DNA of 63,917 bases, filler included, from Octopus bimaculoides (taxonomy: Eukaryota), in the NCBI RefSeq assembly GCF_001194135.2. It is 6 parts of 5 records of this genome, joined end to end, with 100 filler letters (N's around TTAATTAATTAA, not from the genome) between each part and the next. Parts side by side here need not be neighbours in the genome. Positions count along the whole stretch, not along the records: positions 1 to 6,782 come from NC_068988.1; positions 6,883 to 27,991 come from NC_068987.1; 4 more parts are not named here. The stretch is one strand, 5' to 3'. Numbering within the stretch: the stretch's first letter is position 1; every line of letters starts with the position of its first letter. Positions 1 through 11,148 of this stretch are shown here, one piece after another. A program made the translations under genes and the position numbers. Under the pieces are notes generated by a model. The model was not told the DNA's origin. It ran no database searches and saw only the letters and a list, made by a program, of their open reading frames with translations.

Positions 1-49
1 GTATATATCTATATGCCTATATATATGTACATGTGTATAAATATATGCA

Positions 50-88
<39 letters not shown>
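1..88. repeat. (AT)n-rich microsatellite
   Basis: Direct reading: interrupted TA/AT dinucleotide run. Confidence 0.95.
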
Positions 89-89
<1 letters not shown>

Positions 90-91
90 CA

Positions 92-300
92 TATATATCC
101 GTGTACGTGTGCCTTTTGTGTTTGTCAACCCACCGTTTGATAAACGGTCTTGCTTTTTTTATGTTTCTGTAACCGGGCGGTTCAGCACAAGAAACTGATA
201 GAGTGGATGTCTGGCTTTGAAATAATTACTAGGGTCCATTATTTCGGGTAAAATATTTCAGAACGATGCTCCAGCGTGAATGCAGTCCAAAAATTAACAA
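92..300 (+). mobile_element. SINE family A, degraded 3' half
   Basis: Resembles the reverse complement of 7239-7420 (…GATAGA…GCTCCAGC…GCAGTC.AA) and follows a microsatellite, as the better copy does. Confidence 0.55.
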
Positions 301-619
301 AAGTAGAAGTCAAAACAATAATTCATTGAATTTAACTAATATTATTACACGACTGAGAATAAAGACCTGCAGCTGCATATATAACAATGCGACAAGCACA
401 ATTTAACTCAATGGATTTAACAGAAGCAACAACGATAGCGAAAGCACAATTAACGTTTGTCTTACACACAACAGCTTTATTGGGCTTTCTAGTATTTGGA
501 CGCCCTGCGTTTCAGCACATTTTTCTCTTCTTTTTTTTTCTTTTTTTTTTTTGCTTCTCGATCTATCTCGATGAATGGGCAGTTACTTTGACCCTTACGT
601 TAGCCTATCGGCAATCCTG

Positions 620-1005
620 AAACGTTATTGTTCGGTTAAAGTGTCTCGGGTCATGATTTTGAGGATAGACAATATAGAGGAGATTTCATAAGGTCGATGA
701 TCAGAGGAGAGAAGACTAGGTATAGTGGTGTATGATGCGCTGGGTGAGTTGGACGCAAAATATTTGGCAAAATATGAAGAGACCAGCAGGCTGGCGATAT
801 TAGTATTTCACCAGCTAGCTTCCAAGAGCAGATGCTATTGTTGTAGCAATCGAAATGACACAGAAGAATGTCATGCCCTTGTGATAGTGGCTTATGATAG
901 TTCGTTTGATATGAGCAGACGTTCTAAAATTTTGGGGAGCATTGATAAATTGATAATTGCATTTCCTCTTCGATAAATATTACGTCCACCAGAGAGTGTC
1001 AAGAT
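620..1005 (-). mobile_element. Heavily degraded LINE RT fragment (CR1/L2-like)
   Basis: Minus-strand translation SDHRPYEISSILSILKIMTR loosely resembles the conserved NYRPISLLSxxSKIMER RT segment; stops and frameshifts present. Confidence 0.3.
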
Positions 1006-1014
1006 AAGCATATA

Positions 1015-1237
1015 CAGTCGTGACCACATATTTGGAATATAGGTCTGAAAATAAAATTTTTTATATTAAATGCTCAAAGTTATATATAATTTGCAATATA
1101 TTATTACTTGACCAGAAGTTTGGAATTTTTATATCAAATGCCTTAATAAATACGTTGTATATATTTGAATCGAATTGTACTTGGACATAACAATTTTAGT
1201 TTTTAAAATAATGCTCCGAAATTTTCGGTCACGACTT
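1015..1237. mobile_element. Tc1/mariner-type MITE (~220 bp)
   Basis: Terminal inverted repeats CAGTCGTGACC (1015-1025) and GGTCACGACTT (1227-1237), 10/11 match, extending imperfectly to ~24 bp. TA on both flanks (1013-1014, 1238-1239). No ORF. Confidence 0.65.
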
Positions 1238-1404
1238 TATTTGTAAAAGAATTTTGAATCCTAGTTGTGTCTGTTAGTGACTTCTATATATTGAAATATA
1301 TGAAATATATAGTGGGACATAAGATTGTTAACATAATCGTAAATTCAGAATTTTGAGAGCCTGGAAAATCGATTGTATAAGGATCAATGTTTCTCTAGTA
1401 ATTA

Positions 1405-1510
1405 TTTAATCGACACCAGAAAAATGAAAGAGTAATTTGATCGCGGGAGGTTTTGAACTCCGAGCGTAAAGGTCAACGCGTACTCTGACGCTTTTACGGT
1501 TCTGACACTC
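1405..1510 (-). mobile_element. SINE family B, degraded fragment
   Basis: TTTGAACTC.GAGCGTAAAG and flanks match the family B copies at 42815-43255. Confidence 0.5.
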
Positions 1511-1584
1511 TCGATGGAGAATACCAAGTTCGGCCAATTCGGTGTTTCTCAAACTTTTTCCTGAATATCGGTTTCACAATGTTT

Positions 1585-1757
1585 GTACAAGGCCAGCAAT
1601 TTCGAGGATTGGTAAGTGGATTTCATCGATCACAGTGCTGAGCTAATACTTATTTTATTGAGTCCACCTTGGTGGAATTTGAACTCAGCACAAAAAGACG
1701 GACAAACAGGCGCTGAGCATTTCACTTGCCGTGCTTACGATTCTGACTACTCTCGTC
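1585..1757 (-). mobile_element. SINE family B (tRNA-derived), degraded
   Basis: CACAAGGCC-like tail, GGAATTTGAACTCAG B-box region and GCT.AGCATTTC…GTGCT.ACGAT head, collinear with other family B copies. Confidence 0.7.
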
Positions 1758-2808
1758 TTGTTTTCGTTAATGTTGCCACATAACACGTATAAACGAATGC
1801 TTAGGGAATGATGTTTCTATATCACAGTAAATGTAGGATACATTAATTTTACTAATATAATAGTCCTGAAAGTTTAATCAATTCTTTCTCTTTAAAATTT
1901 TGTTTGGAGTAAATCAATAAATATTTTATAAGATAAGAAAATGAATATAAAGTATAAAAAATTCAGTAATGTGAAGAATCTCACTAATTTTTATTTTCTT
2001 GATAGCAAAGGGATCAAAGATTAAGTTTAAATAAGAAGGAAAAAAAAGGCTATTGAATTGAATAAATTAGAACTATTTATGTAATCTTAAAGCAAATATT
2101 TAACATCTAGTTAAGGCAATTTAATTTGCTATATGTTTACGTGAAAATATACATCAGCCCGAAAGTATTCCAATCAACAATGTATACATCAAAAATTCCA
2201 ATTAACAATGTATACATAAACAATGTTTAATACATAACTAATATGAATGTAAAGTCAAATAATTGAATGATAATATTATGAAATATGTTGTGTCAGAGAC
2301 AAATGTTCATTTCAAGTGTGAATGCATTGAAAATTTTCACAAGACTGCTGACTAAAAATGTTGGATCCTTTTACTGAATTAAGCTCAATCGTTAAATAAC
2401 TCGCTTCACTGAGTTCCTCACTAAATTATTTCAAAGAAAATACTTCATATACCCATTCATATTCCACCTTTTGATTTGAAATTTATTCTACTCTAATGAC
2501 GGAGGCTCGATTTATGCAAAGTTTATTTGCTTCCATTACTGGATGTATATTTGGTGAACCCGCATCTACCAATATAACGTTCATCTGTGCATGTACTTGA
2601 ATGAATGTGCATAAATAGAGACATATATACATATAGATATATATGTGTATGTGTGTGTGTTTGTGTGTGTGAATGTGTGTGTGTAATTATTTAATTCTTG
2701 GGTATATACCCGGAAGTATGCCAGAAGGGATCGGTGCAAGATGGGTCGAAACGATCGTTATGATAAATAAAAAATCTCGTGAATTCAGTTTTGTTTCTCT
2801 CATTTGTA

Positions 2809-2809
<1 letters not shown>

Positions 2810-2861
<52 letters not shown>
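2810..2861. repeat. (TA)n microsatellite
   Basis: Direct reading. Confidence 0.95.
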
Positions 2862-2862
<1 letters not shown>

Positions 2863-4136
2863 GTATGTATGTATCTTTTATGTATATGCGTGGATGTATC
2901 TGTATATGAATCTGTATAGGTGGATAGATGCATTTCAATATCCGCCAATAGATAAGTGTCCGAGGAAAACGTACGCAATATGTGACTTAAGTTACGCAAG
3001 CTTTTCATGAATATATATATCATTTTGTTTCAGCAGAAAGCTAAATACATTTATAACAGGCAAAACGAGACGTCGGTATAATTCCGTAGGAGTAATCGCT
3101 GCTTACATTATTTTCGAATGAACAGAAACGTAGTTCAACCACACATGTCAATATATGAAGAACAAATAGTAAACCTGTTGTAATTTGAAAAAGTGTTTAA
3201 ATATATGACAAAAAACATCTAATATTTCTCTTTAAGGAAGGAAAAAATGAATTTGTTATCAACACACGTTAATATTACACATCGCTTGATCTAACTAAAC
3301 TGTCATTTAATGTGACAGATTATCACTAACTACATCTAATTCTAGAAATAGTTAGGAAGCAAAGTTTTATGAAAATATTTATTCTTCATAAATGATAAAG
3401 AAATAATTGAAACAGTTGAAGCGAGGCACGTACCGAGCCATCGAATCGAAAATAGACTGAGCGATATCGTGAATAGGAGGAAGAGACAGGTGTGTATGTG
3501 TGTATATGTGTGTGCGTGCGCGCGTCTATGTGTGTAGGTATAGGAGTTTAAAAGTGTTTTGAGATAGGTATGTGGAAGTGTGGATGTGTGTTGTTTTTAG
3601 TTCGAGTGCTGAATATAGTTTAATGGGTGTTGCTGTGGTGATGATGTCTACGAGTAAAAGCTATTTGTATGCGAGTAAAGCGCAGATGTCAGGAGGTAGA
3701 GACGGACACGAGTGTGAGGTAACAGAAAAGGGAAGACTTTCCTTCTACCTTACGCTCGGACTCACCCTAACCTCACATGCAAGTTTTCTTTACACGCAGA
3801 ACAATATCTCACGTCCCCACTGCCCTAAGGCACACTGCCGCTTCGATTGCACCTTCGTACACTCATAGACTCACGCCAAAATACCAGTCGCACCGCTGCC
3901 ATTTAAGTCCATCATATAGTCACACTTGGCTCCTATCATCGCTTTCAGTTTATTTTCGAACAGACTTTTTCTAAATGCACTTGCGAATTGCAGTTTTGCC
4001 TAAAGAACAAATATTGAAAAGCTTACAATTCTAAACAATTTTGCCTAACTTTTAAGCGACACAATATGTATTAAACTGTGTACCTATATTGTTGTCATTT
4101 ACAATCCTTTAGCGTTCATTACATTGCCTACAAGCA

Positions 4137-4510
4137 GGCTCAATGGCCCAGTGGTTAGGGCAGCGGATTCGTGGTCATAGGATCGCGGGTTCGATTCTCA
4201 GACCGGGCGTTGTGAGTGTTTATTGAGCGAAAACACCTAAAGCTCCACGAGGCTCCGACAGAGGATGGTGGCGAACCCTGCTGTACTCTTTCACCACAAC
4301 TCTCTCTCACTCTTACTTCCTGTTTCTGTTGTGCCTGTAATTCAAAGGGTCAGCCTTGTCACACTGTGTCACGCTGAATATCCCCGAGAACTACGTTATG
4401 GGTACACGTGTCTCTCGAGTGGTCAGCCACTTGCACGTTAATTTCACGAGCAGGCTGTTCCGTTGATCGGATCAACTGGAACCCTCGTCGTCGTAAGCGA
4501 CGGAGTGCCA
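4137..4510 (+). mobile_element. SINE family C, full-length tRNA-derived SINE
   Basis: A box TGGCCCAGTGG (4144-4154), B box GGTTCGATTC (4188-4197). Candidate 14-bp TSD ATTGCCTACAAGCA (4123-4136) / ATTACCTACACGCA (4518-4531), 12/14 match. Confidence 0.85.
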
Positions 4511-4529
4511 TCGATCGATTACCTACACG

Positions 4530-4563
<34 letters not shown>

Positions 4564-5194
4564 NNNNNNNNNNNNNNNNNNNNNNNNNNNNNNNNNNNNN
4601 NNNNNNNNNNNNNNNNNNNNNNNNNNNNNNNNNNNNNNNNNNNNNNNNNNNNNNNNNNNNNNNNNNNNNNNNNNNNNNNNNNNNNNNNNNNNNNNNNNNN
4701 NNNNNNNNNNNNNNNNNNNNNNNNNNNNNNNNNNNNNNNNNNNNNNNNNNNNNNNNNNNNNNNNNNNNNNNNNNNNNNNNNNNNNNNNNNNNNNNNNNNN
4801 NNNNNNNNNNNNNNNNNNNNNNNNNNNNNNNNNNNNNNNNNNNNNNNNNNNNNNNNNNNNNNNNNNNNNNNNNNNNNNNNNNNNNNNNNNNNNNNNNNNN
4901 NNNNNNNNNNNNNNNNNNNNNNNNNNNNNNNNNGTTTGCTCACGGCCCTGAATTCTGTGCATTCTTCTTTTTTGCGGGCACGGCCAATATATGAAGCCCT
5001 CAGCCTTATCACTAATGGTGCGAAATGAGTATTACCAATTGGTTGATAATTGATGAAGAATTAGGGACTTTTTGTGTTTGTCTCCCGTCCGGTTGTACAC
5101 TCGGTGTACGTTATGCCATTTATTTATTTACCATACATTTTAAAATTTATTAAGTAATGGAATGCAACACACATCGAATGTGTATTAACAAGTA

Positions 5195-5225
<31 letters not shown>

Positions 5226-5230
<5 letters not shown>

Positions 5231-5930
5231 GAGAAAAGGTGTACGAACGCCACTATATGCATATATAGATATAAAAGATGGAACAAAAACGCAATAGAGG
5301 ACAATAAAACAACCGGACAGACAGACGATACAATGGCTGACAGGAAAAACATGACGGGTCAAGAATGCCAAGAAATGTGAGAGAAGGCAACTGAGAAGAA
5401 GAATCTTTTAGTCTGTATTTTAGTCCCACTCATACATTCTACTTCTTGGAAGAAACTATGAGTGGTACTAACAGACAGAGTAAAAGAATCGTTCAAAATT
5501 TAGACACAAAGTTATTTTGAGGTGAGCAAAATAGTACGTACGCCGCAATATGTATATATAAATGTAAAAAATAGAACAGGAACGCAATACAGTACAATAA
5601 AACAACCGGATAGATAGGCAACACAAAGGCGGAGAGCAAAATCAACAATTTGAGGGACAGGAAATAAGGACGGGTCATTTGAGGCATTCTTTCGTCAGTC
5701 ACATTACCAGATGTCATTACAGATTCGGCGGTTACATTTGAGAATGTTCCTTCTGTTCGCCCCAAAAAGAAACTATGATAAAAGTGTTTGATTTTTTGTA
5801 AGAAAGCTAGCGAATGTGGGCGACAACAAAGACAAAAAAAAACCCAGAGAACATGGTTCACAATTACAAATACAAACAACAAGAATATAACAACAGGTGT
5901 CTTTCGAATGAGAAAGAATCAAATTGAGTG
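5226..5930. repeat. Two diverged tandem copies of a dispersed repeat
   Basis: AGGTGAG…AACGCAATA…ACAATAAAACAACCGGA.AGA…GACAGGAAA…GACGGGTCA occurs at ~5226-5362 and again at ~5520-5678; the second copy extends further. Confidence 0.6.
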
Positions 5931-6595
5931 TTTGTATTAACATTACTGTTAATTTCATTGAAGAAGTTACTCTGTACTCTCTTGCTTTCGATGTTTTCGA
6001 ATCACACAAACACACACACACACAGATATATATGCGTGTACGTGTGTGTGTTTATCGAAGGCTCCATAAGAAAGAGAATACACAGTAAATACTGAAATGA
6101 AATTAACATTGATGTGAGAGATGTATATGTATGAAATATGGCTTTAAGATTGAATAACCAAATATTTCAATAACAAATAACATATTATAATATATGTACA
6201 TAGTAGATTTAGCTTTGTTATTAATACCTTAAGGTTATAAGAATCTTTGCGCGATATTTTTTTCTCATTCTTTACGTAGTGATTGCAAATACCACACAGG
6301 TCAACTTACCCTTTTATACATTTTATAGTCTATTGAGGGTCGATTGTATCTGCTAATCCCCCTATTCTCAAAATTGGTAGCTTCTTACCTACAGTATAAA
6401 ACATTGTTATTTATGCTGTAAGGCTTTCGAGGTAATTTCCGACAATGATTATTGCATTCTTTCTGGCAATTTATGCTATCAGTTCAATATATACTATGAT
6501 TACTCTTATTTTTCATTGCTCCAGCAAATTATACACACAGGTGGGTATACAATTAAACCCAGAAACACGTATATATAACTTAATGTATACAAGCT

Positions 6596-6667
<72 letters not shown>

Positions 6668-7238
6668 CACGCACACACACACATATATCTTTATAGTTTA
6701 ACTATTGAAAAGGAAGTGAGTGTGTACTGTAAAGTTAATTTAGTACGATAATTGTTTCGACTTATATCTACAGAGATCCTTGNNNNNNNNNNNNNNNNNN
6801 NNNNNNNNNNNNNNNNNNNNNNNNNNTTAATTAATTAANNNNNNNNNNNNNNNNNNNNNNNNNNNNNNNNNNNNNNNNNNNNATGAAACGATTCGTACCC
6901 AATTAACTAAAGGCTTGTTTTGTTTGTGCTTTTCCCTCCGGTTTTTTGTTCTATGTGTGCCATAAATATCGCCATCCGTTTTAGAGAAAAAATTGTAGTT
7001 TAGAATCAGTAGTTCTTTGACTGCTGTTTCTGAATTTTCAGTATGTTGGAGAAGCAACTCAATTGCTAATCCCTTATATTTATGATGATAAATGGTCTTA
7101 CCGATAAAGGTTTGTTTCATACTGAACTACTTGGCAAAATTGTTAATTGTTAATTCTATTATTAATTGACGATTCCCTGCCCTCATTTCTTGTATATATA
7201 TTTATATGTAGACACACACACATATTATATATTTACAC

Positions 7239-7450
7239 TTTTACTTGTTTCAGTCATTTGACTGCGGTCATGCTGGAGCACCGCCTTTAGTCGAACAAAG
7301 TGACATCAGGTCCTATTCTTTGTAAGCTTAGAACTCATTCTATCGGTGTATTTTGACCAACCACTAGGTTACTTGAAATTAAACACACCAGCATCGGTTG
7401 CCAAGCGATGTTGAGGGAGACAAACACAGGCACGCAGACACATGCAAACG

Positions 7451-7511
<61 letters not shown>

Positions 7512-7660
7512 GTACATATATACCAGGGCTTCTTTCAGTTTCCGTCTACCAAATCCACTGACAAGGCTTTGGTCGGCCCGAGGCTATAGTAGAAGACACT
7601 TGCCCAAATGCCACGCAGTGGGACTGAACCCGGAACAATATGGATGGTAAGCTAACTACT
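7239..7660 (-). mobile_element. SINE family A with internal (CA)n(TA)n microsatellite
   Basis: Minus strand reads tRNA-like head with GGTTCAGTCCC B-box-like motif, body, internal TG/TA run (~7452-7523), then a 3' part ending ATGACTGAAACAAGTAAAA. Related copies at 92-300, 10724-11148 and 27823-27932. Confidence 0.85.
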
Positions 7661-8471
7661 TTATTTCATTTTNNNNNNNNNNNNNNNNNNNNNNNNNNNN
7701 NNNNNNNNNNNNNNNNNNNNNNNNNNNNNNNNNNNNNNNNNNNNNNNNNNNNNNNNNNNNNNNNNNNNNNNNNNNNNNNNNNNNNNNNNNNNNNNNNNNN
7801 NNNNNNNNNNNNNNNNNNNNNNNNNNNNNNNNNNNNNNNNNNNNNNNNNNNNNNNNNNNNNNNNNNNNNNNNNNNNNNNNNNNNNNNNNNNNNNNNNNNN
7901 NNNNNNNNNNNNNNNNNNNNNNNNNNNNNNNNNNNNNNNNNNNNNNNNNNNNNNNNNNNNNNNNNNNNNNNNNNNNNNNNNNNNNNNNNNNNNNNNNNNN
8001 NNNNNNNNNNNNNNNNNNNNNNNNNNNNNNNNNNNNNNNNNNNNNNNNNNNNNNNNNNNNNNNNNNNNNNNNNNNNNNNNNNNNNNNNNNNNNNNNNNNN
8101 NNNNNNNNNNNNNNNNNNNNNNNNNNNNNNNNNNNNNNNNNNNNNNNNNNNNNNNNNNNNNNNNNNNNNNNNNNNNNNNNNNNNNNNNNNNNNNNNNNNN
8201 NNNNNNNNNNNNNNNNNNNNNNNNNNNNNNNNNNNNNNNNNNNNNNNNNNNNNNNNNNNNNNNNNNNNNNNNNNNNNNNNNNNNNNNNNNNNNNNNNNNN
8301 NNNNNNNNNNNNNNNNNNNNNNNNNNNNNNNNNNNNNNNNNNNNNNNNNNNNNNNNNNNNNNNNNNNNNNNNNNNNNNNNNNNNNNNNNNNNNNNNNNNN
8401 NNNNNNNNNNNNNNNNNNNNNNNNNNNNNNNNNNNNNNNNNNNNNNNNNNNNNNNNNNNNNNNNNNNNNNN

Positions 8472-9390
8472 TAGGCACGAGTGACAGTCCCTGAAGTATC
8501 ACCGGATACCTACAACCAGCCATTTAAAAAAAAAGTCTGGAAAGTCTATTTCGACCACGGCAGATGTGCTCCGCAGGGTCAAAATCGCTTTTAACCCTTG
8601 CCAATCGGTCACGCGCGTCACTTTTACATTTAAGAGCCTGGGTCTTCTATGCCCCAGGCTCTGCCAGATGGTATCTCCAATCCACCCCTCTTCGATGCCT
8701 GGGGGTAGACCACATACCCAGGCTCTTATCACCTTCCTCCCACAATATGTGGGAAGGAACAATATTAATTCCCCTTCTAGGGGCTGGCTTGCAGCAATGC
8801 AAGCTTCCACAGGGGTGTCAAAAAGCACCACACAGTTGCATATTTGACACCCCTTGACAAAAAATAATTTCTTTTGCCAGATCTTTATCAATAATATCCC
8901 TATCGAAGATGGCGATGGCGTCACGCGACTTAGAATAGGTCCGTAATACCACCGTCCCTTTCTCAATGTCTTCAAGCCACTGCAAAGCACTCCACTCCAA
9001 AGCATTAGTCTTCTCTTTTAACTTTTTTTCTGTCATAACTAAATAGGAAATAATTGTTCACAAAAAATAGTCTCAAAATGATGACAGATCAGAAAAAAAA
9101 GAAATAGTTCAGTAAACGAAACAGAAACAAAAAAAGGAGGAAGAGAAAAACAAAGAAAACTGTTCAAGGAAAAAAGTAAAGAAAGAGAATTTTTTTTTTA
9201 AAAGGGAAAACACAGAATCCTCGGCAGGAACAAAATGGGCTACACCGTACTCCAGCCCTGGCTTGAACTGGTATTCCATTGCAGTCAAAGAAACACACAA
9301 TAGTCCTGGTCCGTAACCCTGCGACCGAAGTGAAAATAAAAATCCTTAGATGGTTTCTACTTGCTGAACTTGGTTATTTCATAGAAAAGC
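8472..9390 (-). mobile_element. L1/Tx1-like LINE, 5' UTR plus frameshifted ORF1
   Basis: Overlapping minus ORFs 8818-9036 and 8499-9005. LFLPTYCGRKVIRAWV aligns with LLPSYCGKRVAKV (41 kb copy) and MTLHYLGKMLTRI (58 kb copy, which is linked to APE/RT). Bounded by N gaps. Confidence 0.7.
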
Positions 9391-10723
9391 NNNNNNNNNN
9401 NNNNNNNNNNNNNNNNNNNNNNNNNNNNNNNNNNNNNNNNNNNNNNNNNNNNNNNNNNNNNNNNNNNNNNNNNNNNNNNNNNNNNNNNNNNNNNNNNNNN
9501 NNNNNNNNNNNNNNNNNNNNNNNNNNNNNNNNNNNNNNNNNNNNNNNNNNNNNNNNNNNNNNNNNNNNNNNNNNNNNNNNNNNNNNNNNNNNNNNNNNNN
9601 NNNNNNNNNNNNNNNNNNNNNNNNNNNNNNNNNNNNNNNNNNNNNNNNNNNNNNNNNNNNNNNNNNNNNNNNNNNNNNNNNNNNNNNNNNNNNNNNNNNN
9701 NNNNNNNNNNNNNNNNNNNNNNNNNNNNNNNNNNNNNNNNNNNNNNNNNNNNNNNNNNNNNNNNNNNNNNNNNNNNNNNNNNNNNNNNNNNNNNNNNNNN
9801 NNNNNNNNNNNNNNNNNNNNNNNNNNNNNNNNNNNNNNNNNNNNNNNNNNNNNNNNNNNNNNNNNNNNNNNNNNNNNNNNNNNNNNNNNNNNNNNNNNNN
9901 NNNNNNNNNNNNNNNNNNNNNNNNNNNNNNNNNNNNNNNNNNNNNNNNNNNNNNNNNNNNNNNNNNNNNNNNNNNNNNNNNNNNNNNNNNNNNNNNNNNN
10001 NNNNNNNNNNNNNNNNNNNNNNNNNNNNNNNNNNNNNNNNNNNNNNNNNNNNNNNNNNNNNNNNNNNNNNNNNNNNNNNNNNNNNNNNNNNNNNNNNNNN
10101 NNNNNNNNNNNNNNNNNNNNNNNNNNNNNNNNNNNNNNNNNNNNNNNNNNNNNNNNNNNNNNNNNNNNNNNNNNNNNNNNNNNNNNNNNNNNNNNNNNNN
10201 NNNNNNNNNNNNNNNNNNNNNNNNNNNNNNNNNNNNNNNNNNNNNNNNNNNNNNNNNNNNNNNNNNNNNNNNNNNNNNNNNNNNNNNNATATATATATAT
10301 ATATATATATACAGAAGTATTTGTGACTTCTATTTTTTTTCCGTAGTAGTTGCTCATGTAATACCTTCGTATGTGTGTATATATATACACACAGAAATAG
10401 AGTGGAGATCTCGTTTAGAAGTGCAAATACAAAGTTTTCAATACAGTTCTTCTTCAAAAAATAGTTGCCAGGGGAAACATTTAGTGAGAGATTGTAGCGT
10501 GTTACACCTTCTAAGTAGAAACCAGTTGCCTTTACTCGCACAATATAAAAGATGTGCTGGTTCTCATTAATTTCTCTCCTGTCAGTTTCTCCCCAAAATA
10601 TGAATCATTTCCAAACGTTGAATTTTACTGTTCCCAGGATCTTCAATGCACAATCCGTGTCGATTTTACGATAGACAGACACACACACACACAGAGATAC
10701 AGACACACACCTAGATAAACGCT

Positions 10724-11148
10724 GGCGCAGGTGTTTCGTTGGAAGATTACTACCCAATATGCTTTCCGGTTCAGTCCCACTTCGCAGCAACTTTGCCCTT
10801 GAATCCCACTTCGTGACAATCACGTCTTTTGAATAGATTTGGTGAGGGAAACGAAAAGAACTCTGTGGTATGTACATTATGGGGTGTATGCATGTTTATA
10901 CCTATCTCTGCGTCTGTGTATGTGTGTGTGTGTGTGTTTGTGTTTGTGTGGCGGAGTGTCTCCAACCACCCCATGAAAACCAGCGATGGTTTGTTTCCTT
11001 CGCTGCAACTTACCGCTTCCTAATAGAGAAACTGTACGGTAATTATCACCCATTAAAAATTAAGTGCTGGTGTGGATTTGTTCGACTAAACACTTTACCA
11101 AGGTGCTCTAGCTCGGTCGTAGTCCAATGACATAAACAAATGGAAAGG
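10724..11148 (+). mobile_element. SINE family A, old degraded copy
   Basis: GGCGCAGG head, GGTTCAGTCCCAC, internal (TG)n, TTCGACTAAA…GGTGCTC.AGC tail collinear with 7239-7660. Confidence 0.65.

Noticed and set aside
3710-3757. Imperfect purine/pyrimidine hairpin
   Set aside because: Short and mismatched in low-complexity sequence; compatible with chance.
6783-6882. TTAATTAATTAA flanked by 44 N on each side, repeated at 27992-28091, 30543-30642, 56342-56441 and 61907-62006
   Set aside because: Identical 100-bp layout with stops in all six frames: an assembly gap placeholder, not biology.
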